From contig CM041465.1 of the NCBI GenBank assembly GCA_023213395.1, forward strand, positions 141,677,741 through 141,741,740: DNA of 64,000 nt, written 5' to 3'. This DNA comes from Cycas panzhihuaensis (taxonomy: Eukaryota; Plantae; Cycadophyta). A program made the translations under genes and the position numbers. Positions 51,771 to 62,134 of the stretch are shown one piece after another. Positions within the stretch are counted from its first letter, which is position 1; each line of letters opens with the position of its first letter. Under the pieces are notes generated by a model. The model was given only the letters and a program-made list of their open reading frames with translations, was not told where the DNA came from and searched no databases.

Positions 51771-54700
51771 ATGCCACCTAAGAGGCCTTCGAGGGCAAGC
51801 GAGCCACAAAAGGGTACTTCACCTAAGGGGAAAGAAACACGCAGACAAAGGGCATTACGATGGTCAAAAGAATCAAAATTAAGTAGGGCAACAAGATTGA
51901 GTCTACATAATAATGAGACTAAGGGACAATCCGTTGAAGAATCTGAGGCAAGCAAAGTCCAAACACCTCAAGAACAAGGGGAGGAAAATAATGGTGAGCA
52001 AATGGTACTAACACCTGCTCCAATCAAGTATGACCTTTTAAGCCCGGAAAAGGAAGAAAAACCAAAAGGAGATGTGGAACAAAACGACACCCTAGGGAAG
52101 GAGGAATATACAAGTGTGGATGATGCCCCAAAGGACCTAAGTGATAATGAGAAGAAGGCAGAGGAAGGTCCCTTAGCATATTAGGAGAATAAATTAACAA
52201 GGCAACTATTTGAGGATTCACTAGACAAGGGGTCCGAGCAATCATATTTAGTAGTTACACCATTGACGGTACAAGTGCCAGGAGTACCAGAGCCAATACA
52301 TTTAAAAACACCATTCAAAAATCCTCTATTTGGAAGAGATAGTGCTGCACCAAGCACCCCAAATACACCACCTAAAGTGAAGGGTGGAGAAAAGAAGTAG
52401 AATCCTCTGAAGAGATAAAAGGAGAAGGATCACCACTGGGAAGGACACTAATGTAATCACCAAAGATGGACGATTCAAGGGATTTCAGGAGACTTATCTT
52501 CAATTACACTTCAGATGCAGCAGAACACATGTACTTGTTCCAAAACTTGATTAATGTGAAGAAAATCACAGATAAAGATGAAATAAAGGCAAGATTTGCT
52601 TACACATTAAGAGGAGTACCTTTGGCATGGTGCAAAGAGTTGGATAAAATGGAAACATGGGAGAATATAAAGAAATCATTTGACGAAAGATTTTAGAAAT
52701 TTCGAAGTAATGAAGCTGTGGAGATTCTCCTTAGAGAAATAAAGTAGAGGCTTGGCAAATCAATGCTAACCTATATCAGTCACATGAAAATAATTACTGC
52801 CAACATGATCAACAAGACGGTCACAGACCGTAACATGAAGAACTACTTTGTCAAAGGGTTAAATAAGAAATTGAGATCTATGATGCATGCACATCCCCTT
52901 AAATCATTTTAAAATGCTCAAGAATTGGCGTTGGACTTTGAAGCAGAGATGGATGCCCAAGCTGGAGGGCATGATCCCCTATTACTAAGGTTACAAAAAG
53001 AGATAAGGGAAATAAAACAAAACCAACATAATCGACCCTTTTGCCAAGTGGAAATCTCAGAAGAAGAGTCAGAAATTGAAGCTCTAAGGAAAGAGGTAGC
53101 AAGACTCAGGATCAGAAATAACAAGGAGGAGAACAAAGTAAAGAAAAAGAATGACCGAGAATTTGAAATCGAGAAATGGTGTCATATTTGCGAGGAAAGT
53201 TCCTATACAACTAAAGAATGTGGAATCAATCCAAAAAATAGTGCAATACACCAAAAGGATAGATGGTGTCATGTATGTAATATGGATAATTATAATACAA
53301 GGGATTGTGTCTATAACTTTAGGGGAAGAACGTATAGAGGATGATGTCGGGGAAGAGGGAGCAACCCACCTTAGAATGCATATACAATAAGAAGTACACA
53401 AGAATCCTTAAAGAAAACACAACCAATGGGGAGATATTTAATTTGTCTACAATTCAGCCATTGGAAATCAGACTGCCCAACCAAACAAAAATATGAACAT
53501 AAATCGTTTGTATGCAACAATTGTGGGCCAAGTGAGCATAGAACGAAGGATTGTAAAGGGAAGGCAAAAGCAACCAATTTAATGACTATTATCCTAGAAA
53601 ATAGTAAGAATGTAAAACTTTAGAATAAGAAGAAAGGGTGAATGAATGAAGAATACCCAAACCCAAAAATGAAAATAGACTGATTCAAGCAGGCAAAACA
53701 AGTATTGGAAGAACTAGCCCAACAAGAAACCGAGACAATGCTATCAATGAGCAAACTAGAAACAAAATAGGTATATGTGAGGAAAAAACAAACAAAAAGA
53801 GAAAATACCTGAGGAGCAGAAGGCGCAACCTGAGTTGGTGCAAATGGAAGAGTTATTAAAGGATTACCAATGGAAGGCATCCCACGAATGTTGTTGCTAA
53901 TGGAAAATCTAGTGAAACAATTACAGTTAACAATCCCCTTATACCAAGTGATAGACTGGATTAAAGTAGGGATATTATAGTAACGAGAAGTCACTAAGAG
54001 CTTAAAAAGTTGATGCCATCCTTTGACTTAGATTTGATGGTTACAATCACAGTGCTAGGAGAGAAATTTTCAAGGGTAATTATGGATGGAGGAGCCATTG
54101 TGAACATTTTACCAACTTCAACATGGCAGAAGCTGGGAAGTCCTAAGTTGGAAGCAGCAACCTATACATTGAAATTAGCAAATGAATTATTGGTGAGACT
54201 AGTCAGGAAGTTAGCCAACATCAAAGTGGATGTGTCAGGTATCACAGTACGAATTGATTTTACAATCGTGGAGATAGAAAAAGGTACAACACCTTATCCA
54301 GCCTTGTTGGGTTGCCCATGGCTGTATAAAACTCAATGTCTCCAGAATTGGAGAGATCCGACCTTAACATTATCGGGTGGTGGAAGTGAAGTGGTCCTTT
54401 CGATGTTGGGAAAGAATTCTATTGAGATAATACCAAATGACGTATTAAGCATAACTATTACAAGCGAGGAAACAACGTCCTATTTTGAGGAAGGAAACTT
54501 ATATCATACAACTGACAAGCCAACCAAGTTGATCAACTCTCAAGAGAGGGAACCTACTTATTTTGGGGAGATCTGCAATTCTTCCGACGACGAGAATAGA
54601 AAAAAATTTGTGGATTATTGATTACAAGATGCATATGAAGTTAATTATTCCTATAGGTGTAATTTGCTTTCTAAATATGTAACTGATGATATTGGCAATA

Positions 54701-56822
54701 ATTTAAAATCTTTTGATTATATGGGGACTAATAATAGTGTAGAAAATAGTATAGAAAATAATAACAACTTAAACCCAACCCTAGACCTAAACCCCCTATT
54801 CCTAATATACCTAGTTTAGTTCATAATTCTATAGTATCTAATACTAACCCTAACCCCTTCTCTACCTTAGGTGTGGGTCCTGAGGTAGATTATTACAACT
54901 TGGGGAAGGAAGTAGCAATCCTTCCTCATCTTCTTTAGAGGTACACCCACCAAACGACTGGTCTTTTTCAAGTATTGGCGCCAAATCTGAGGAAATAGAA
55001 AAGGAACCAACCAGACATACCCCTAGAGACTTAGGTCTAGGTAGTAGGATCATCATTCTCGAGGACAGAAACCTTTAAACATACATTGGAGATTATGTCA
55101 AACCCTTTTATGGGGACCAACTATATGGAACTACACACCTTATACATTGTATAGAGTACTCGATAGATGAGGGTAATTGGGATAAACTTCAATGGGAAGC
55201 AGATTTGGTACTAACCTTGCGAAGGACAACATGGTATTGGTACCTAACCCACCAAACTACCTTCCAAGGTTGGGAGGAACTACAATCCGCATCCAAAACA
55301 TGGTTTGACCACCCGAAAAAATTGAATATCCCATTATTTTATGTAGGAGAGTGTCCCAATAAACATATTCAAAGGTGTAAACGGGAATGGACATCTTTGA
55401 GTTTGCCGAAGAAAACATCGAGTAATCTTTTCTATCACACCTTAGGTCAGGTAGCAAGAGATTGGTTCCTGGGGAAAGAATGAAACTTAGATGCAACATG
55501 GAAAAACCTTAAGAAATCCTTTATATAAACCTTTTCACATTCATCAAAAGATAAAAACTTTGATAAGGTACTTAAGATTATTTAGAAATTAAGTATAGAC
55601 CTAGAACAAAAGGCCATATCATCAGTACGAAAGAAGGAAAAAGAAAAATCAAAGGATGAAGAAAAGGAAGAAAACCCTAATTATCCCACGGAATTCACCG
55701 AACTCAATTATGGTGAAAGAAAAATTGAAGATACCCCTTCCCATCACATGGGAAATAAAAAGGATATTCAAATGTCAAAATTAAAAACAACCAAAATCAA
55801 TGTTGGGAGTAAGGAAGAACCTAAAACCATTCGGATTGGAGATTACTGGGATGACCATACGATAGCTTAAGCTCAACAGTTATTTAAAGAGTTTCATGAT
55901 GTGTTCGTTTGGTCACACAAAGACCTTAGGGGAATTACCCCAGAATCAGAATGCACCATATTGACCTAATCGAAGGAGCCAAACTGGTGAAGCAGAGACA
56001 TTATCGGATGAATCCTAAATACAAAAAAAAAGTAAAAGTGGAGTAGATAAGATGTTAGAAGCTGGATACATCTATGAAATTGACTACAACAACTGGGTGA
56101 ACCCTATAGTTCTATATGAGGTGATCATTACACGATTTGGATGCTCATTAGAAATCATAAGTGATCAAGGGGTCCATTTTTTCAACAAGACTATAGAGAT
56201 ATTAACATCAACCTTTATGATTAGCCATTGGAAATCCACGCTGTATTACCCAAGGGCCAATGGACAAGTGGAAAGTTCAAATAAGATTATTGAGAATTGC
56301 CTGCGGAAAATCTGTAAGATAGGAAGATCAGATTCCGTCGAGAAGTTACCATCAGTATTGTGGGCCTTCAAAACGACATATAAAAGATCAATAGGGCAAA
56401 CACCATTCCAATTGGTTTACAGAATCGAGACCATCCTTCTGACTGAATTTGAGATTCTGAGCCTAAGAACCACTATGCAGTGTCAATTGGACAACTTCCA
56501 TTCCTTACGACGAAGGTTGGAAGAATTAGTAAGACTAGAGGAGAAAAGGTATATGGTAAAGTGGTTGTAAAGTATAGAGAAAAGAAGACAAAAAACGTTG
56601 TATGATCGTCATCTACGCATGCCACAGTTCAAAGAAGGTGACCAAGTTCTTCTTTATGATAGCAAATTCAAAACACACCCTAGGAAAATCAAAATGACGT
56701 GGTTAGGACCCTATATCACTGAAAGAATCTTTGAGAATGGTTCGGTAGAACTTCGGGAAATTGACTGACCATTGCTACCAACCTGAGCGAATGGTAGCCA
56801 ATTGAAACCTTATATTAGTTAG
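51771..56822 (+). pseudogene. Element E gag-PR-(two capsid-like repeats)-RT N-terminus fused to integrase
   Basis: MPPKRPS start, ARFAYTLRGVPLAW capsid, four knuckle-like motifs, IMDGGAIVNILP protease, FHDVFVWSHKDL, WVNPIV|LYEVIITRFG fusion, WLGPY. Confidence 0.85.
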
Positions 56823-57330
56823 GATGAAGAAACTACCAGCGAGATCAGCTGGTTGTACCATAACGAGTTGCATGAAGTTGAGGCAAATTAGACCGTCTTG
56901 ATACCAGAACGTGATCCAGTTCAGTATGTAAATACAAAAAAATCAAAAAACAGAAAAAGCAACCGTAACTCATATCATATAAATAAGCAATATGGCAAAT
57001 CATAAGAAGAAAGATATATCATGATAAGAAAAATCAGAATTCTGAAAAATTGTATCAGAAAAATTAGATTTCTTACATATGTACTAGTGAAATACACTAT
57101 ACGTACCAAAAAGGGTACGTTACCAAGTACACAAAATGAAAATTGAGTAAATGAGCTAGAATATGTTATATGTACTAAAAAAGTATGCTACCAGGTACGT
57201 ATAAAGAAAATAGGCAAGAAAGACAAAAGTATATAGTGCATATCTGCAACCATTCCTACATAGTACACAAGCTGAAAACAAAGAGAATAAATCTAAATTT
57301 CATAACAGTTAGCAACCAGTTAGAATTACT

Positions 57331-58590
57331 ATGATCCAAGAAGAAAAAGAGCAAGAATTTAGCATTGAATTCAAAGCAAATTATCAAATATAGTCAACCA
57401 TTCCAAAAAAGGTATGTACGTAGGGTTTGTTCTATATTTCTTGGTCAATATCAGGTTTACTTCTGGAAATTTCCATAACTTGGTGATAATGAAGATGACA
57501 GAATTCCAAGAAACCTTCCTATCCAAACTGAAAAAGGAATTGGATGGATTACCTACCCAATTTAGAACAATGGTCAAGTAAGCAGGATGGGGAGAATATA
57601 TATATTTCAATCCTCTTTATTGGGATTAGGAGTTAATGGAAAACATTCTGCTAGAATTAAAAAGGGATTTGAAGAAAGTGAAATTAGAGGCAGATATAAT
57701 TCACCTGCTTATAGGACTTCCGAAGGAGGGAGAAGTCCCAACAGCCACAAAAAGATTAGAAGTGGACTGAGAAACTTGGTTAAAAGAATTTTGCCAGGAA
57801 AATATCCAACTAACATCAGGGGGTATTCGTGTAGCAGATATAAAAGATGTTAGGTTACAATGGATAGCCAAAGTCATAAATACAAGATTCTTATCCAAAA
57901 GAAAATATTACCAAAATTTCGAGATGGGGAATATCTCAATTATTCTGAATTTCTAGCAATAACATGACACAACAAATTTAGGAAGTAATGTCACATCCAT
58001 TCCAACATCCCTCCTTATTATTGGTTGTTTTATTCTACCAATGTCCAAGTATATAACTCCCGTAATCAATCATCTATCCAAATGAACCTTTTATAAAATA
58101 ATGGGTGAATGAATTTCCGGAAAACACTCAGGATAAGGAAATCAAGAGGAAGTTACAAAAAGAGATGACAAAAGTCCTGAAATGGTTACAACAAACTCTA
58201 GGGTCATCTATTCCACATCGCACAAAACAGACAATTCGAAGAAGTAGTAAAAGAAGTAGGGATGAAGAAAAACCTAAAGAGGAAGGAGAAATGGAGCCCT
58301 CCCTCAAAGAATGGGCAAAATTTCCTCTTGTAATGGAGATAGGGGAAACATCAGCACCACCAACTCAAACCGAAGGAAAATCTCAACAAATAATTCAATT
58401 AAGGAAATGGTAGAAGAATATAAGACAAAAATAACTACCCTTCAAGAGAAGATCAAAGAGAAAGATGTTATAATAGCAACCCTCACTCAAATCAACAAAG
58501 AAATTTTGGCTACACGAGACCAAGCAGTGAAGCAGAGGCAGCCTTAGAATAGAGAGGGGGAAGGATACTTCAAAATTTTTGAAATTTTGA
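57331..58590 (+). pseudogene. Element E extra 3' ORF remnant, homologous to the D extra ORF
   Basis: ADIIHLLIGLPKEGEV...GGIRVADIKDVRLQWIAKVINTRFL at about 57690-57895, followed by a coiled-coil tail. Confidence 0.65.
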
Positions 58591-60059
58591 TGAGCAAGGA
58601 TGCTCAACCCAATCTTGTCAACCCGGGATAGATGTTGGGGTATATTTTGGCACATAGGCTATGAGGAAGATGGAATGTAGGACTATATTGACTAGTGGAA
58701 TGCAGGTACAAACCGCATGGACGTACGTAGGAAGATGGAATGTAGGACTATATTAACCAGTGGAATGCAGGTACAAACCGTACAGATGTACGCATGGTGG
58801 AGAAAGGTGGAAAACAAGCATTCTAGGTACGTATGATAGGTGCATACCATAATAGGTACACAATACAAGGTGCGTATTGTTTTTGGTATGCTAGCAGACA
58901 GCAGGGTATGCACGACCATACCTTACCTAAAGGCACCCAAGGATGATGATGTCAACCTAGAAGGACGTACAGACGGACGTATGGATGAAAATGCACCATT
59001 AAAGGAGAAACTAATCATGTGTTAAATGAAAGGTCACGTTGTGATTGAAAAGGTACAGTTATGACAAGGAGTCATAACCCTTCATCAAAAGGTACCAAAA
59101 GGGCACATTTAAGAAGACCATTGAGGACCATTCTAGCGATGAGAGCCAAGCATTCATTCTACATGGTGGTAGGGTAGCTAGCAAGCCAAATTAATGGTAT
59201 GGATCGAAGTTATAGCAGATGCATTCTGTGATGCATTCCCTTTTGGAATGTATATGACAGAATCTTGTGTATATGGCTGGAATGTATAGAAGATACATTC
59301 CAGAACTAATTATATAAGACTTATTTCTTAATAAAGGGAAGAATTACATGGAAATCTGTGTTTTAGGTGTACTATGATGCTTGTATGATGAATACTTGTT
59401 GATTATTGTACTGTTGTGTATAATCTGTGATGACATTGTGTGGAATTATGAGTGAATATGTGATAACCTTGGGTGTATGAAGTATGTTTACTGTATCCTA
59501 AACTAGACTACTAAGTGATCCCTTGACAAGTGTACCTATCTTAATAGGGAGATCGTGTAAAAGTCAATAGTCACCATCATCACACAATTTCCAAAACACT
59601 CATAAACATATTACTATGGCATCCATTTATGCAACTAATCATGACACAAGTTAATGATGTGATTTCACATATACATATATATCTTATTTAATGCATTGCA
59701 TGTACTGTTATCTATATTGTTGCAATTAATTTCCAATAGTTGTTCATTCACTTTTGATGCATGTTTTGTGAGCCTTTCAAGGAACATATGTATTATTAAT
59801 GCCTTCATGAATTTATTCATTAATTTCTCATTGTGCACCATCATGGAAACCACTCCATTCTATTGTTTCCATCCTATAACAGTCATCTCCTACACTTTAG
59901 GGTGACCATACAATATGTATATAACCATAAGGCTCCCTTGTTGTGCATTTTCATTATGTTTTCATCATTCATTAACACACATTCAATTATAATATGCAAA
60001 CTAAATTTTACTATGTTCCAACAAGTATTGGTTTGCATTTAACCTCATTAAATGTTGTT

Positions 60060-60995
60060 AAAAATGAAGGTGTACAAACTGTGTCTTATGTCCTATGTCC
60101 TGCACCTTTTTTGGATCAAATTTTTCCAGTGCCATCTTCATGTTTGTTGGGATTCCCTGTGATCTTATGTTCCTTCGCTGAAAAATGAATCCTTCTTTAA
60201 ACCTACCTTCTTGGTTCCCTTGGTCTGCGTCTTAATATGAATCCTGATTTTGTTCTATTTTAGGTTGGGTTATTTCTTGCTTTTCTAATCTCACATTAAG
60301 GTTCTTGATCTGTTGTATGAGTTCCTGCATGACTATTGTTATGGTCTCCGCTGTTTTCTCCTCTAATTCTTGGGATCTTGGCATTTTGCTTGGCGATCTA
60401 ATCTTTCTAGATCTTAATTTTGTTTGGATCTTTCCAAAACTCCTAGGGTACGAGGGGGGTCAAAATTTGCTTCCCCCCGATCGAAAAATCTCCTTAAAAT
60501 CCTGCTTCGAAACGAAGCTCTGATACCACTTGTAACGGTTCTTTCACCCAAAAGGATAGAAGTAGGATAGAACATAGCTAGATTTCATAGATAATAGAAT
60601 AGAATTGTCAATTTCATATATAAGAAGTACCAACATAAACATATAGTTCCAGATATAAATCAATTACAAGTGTTGAATTGGATGTCAAAAGAGTACAAAT
60701 AGATGTTCAATAAGTACCAACACAACCTATAATAAACACTGAGCCCTTCGAGGTAGGGATCCTCCTGAGAAATGTAGCCCTAAGGCCAAAAATTTGCAGC
60801 TGCCTAAAGGTTGAAATAAGAAGGAACACTTCACAAATTGATGATTGAGGATGACCTCAAAAATCCCTATTTATAGGTGCTCAAATTGGGACATAATGAA
60901 GTCGGCCAAGACAGGGAGAGATGTGCCCAAAGTAACCATTAGAAGTCAACCACAATAGTGCATAGAGGTTGGCCAGACTCTCAAGGGTCACTTCA
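60060..60995 (-). mobile_element. Element I: 5' LTR, PBS and leader/gag start of a truncated Gypsy
   Basis: Perfect tRNA-Met PBS complement gctctgatacca 60517-60528, LTR 60531 to about 60995. Inserted into a Copia RT. Confidence 0.75.
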
Positions 60996-61742
60996 AAAGA
61001 GGATACTTAGTTATATGAAAGGAACTTCAAATTTAAAACTTACATATCCAAAAAATGAGACAGGTAAATTAATTGAGTTCTGTGATTCAGACTGGGTAGG
61101 AGATGAGGAAAAAAGAAAGTCAACTAGTGGGTATTGTTTTTTCGTTAGGTCATCCGTAGTATCCTAGAGCAACAAACGACAACCAACAATTGCCTTGTCT
61201 TCTACAAAAGTAAAATATAAGTCTACAATCAGCGCATCCTGTGAAGCAGTATGGTTAAGACAACTGCTGATAGATTTAAATTAGCAACAACAAGAATCAA
61301 CGACACTTTTCTGTGACAACCAGAGTGCAATAAAATTGACCAAGAATCCAATCTTCCATGCATGAACTAAGCATATTAAAGTACATCATCATTTCATATG
61401 GAAAAAAGTACAGGACAAGGAGATAGACCTAATACATTGCATGACAAATGAACAACTTGCAGAATTCTTACAAAACCTCTTAGCAAAGAGAAGTTTCAAT
61501 TTCTTAAAAGTAGGTGTGGTGTAAATAGATAAAACATTAAGAGAGGGTGTTAAAAAGTAATGTTTTATCTAGGATATTATGAGGGTCATGTGTAAAACCC
61601 ATCTTCTATTAATAAAGATAAGTGTCAGACAAGTGGCACATCTACATTGAATGGTTACAAACAACTGACGTATATATATATGGAGAGAGCCTTTCTCACA
61701 TAATCAATGAATTCCATCTTCATTTATTGAAGGTTTCTTACA
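60996..61742 (+). mobile_element. Copia-1-related 3' fragment (RT end, RNase H, PPT, LTR 61548-61742)
   Basis: KRILSYMKGT...FCDSDWVGD..KSTSGYCF, the same aacattaagagaggg PPT context as Copia-1, LTR TGTT...TTACA. Confidence 0.85.
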
Positions 61743-62134
61743 GGAATAGTGTCTAGGTTTATAGCAATGCCAAAACAAAGCCATTAGAAAGCTGCAAAGA
61801 GGATCCTCAAATACTTGAAGGGAACAATTCAATATGGGCTTGAATTCAAGCATAATGATAATTTCAAGTTAATATGATTAATAGATTCTAATTGGGTCGA
61901 ATGTGCAGATAGCAGAAGGTCAACTTTTAGATACTATTTTAGTTTAGGTTCAACTACCATTACTTGGGGCAATAAAAAACAATCAAATGTTGCTTTGTCC
62001 TCAACTAAAGCAAAGTACAAGGCTATAGTTGTAGCTCCTACTAAAGCCATTTGGCCATGATAGATTATGCAAGACAAGAAACTGCCCCAATTAGAACCAA
62101 CTATTTTGTACCATGATAATCAGAGTACATTGAA
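61743..62134 (+). mobile_element. Fragment of another Copia (RT end and RNase H)
   Basis: GIVSRF...AAKRILKYLKGT...KKQSNVALSSTKAKY...DNQS. Confidence 0.85.

Larger units (their letters stand above)
50766..59569 (+). mobile_element. Element E: non-chromovirus Gypsy related to D, with an internal RT-RH deletion and an extra 3' ORF
   Basis: LTRs 50766-51629 and 58633-59569, TSD gtcat/gtcac, PBS tgattccgttgcc 51631-51643. Confidence 0.92.
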
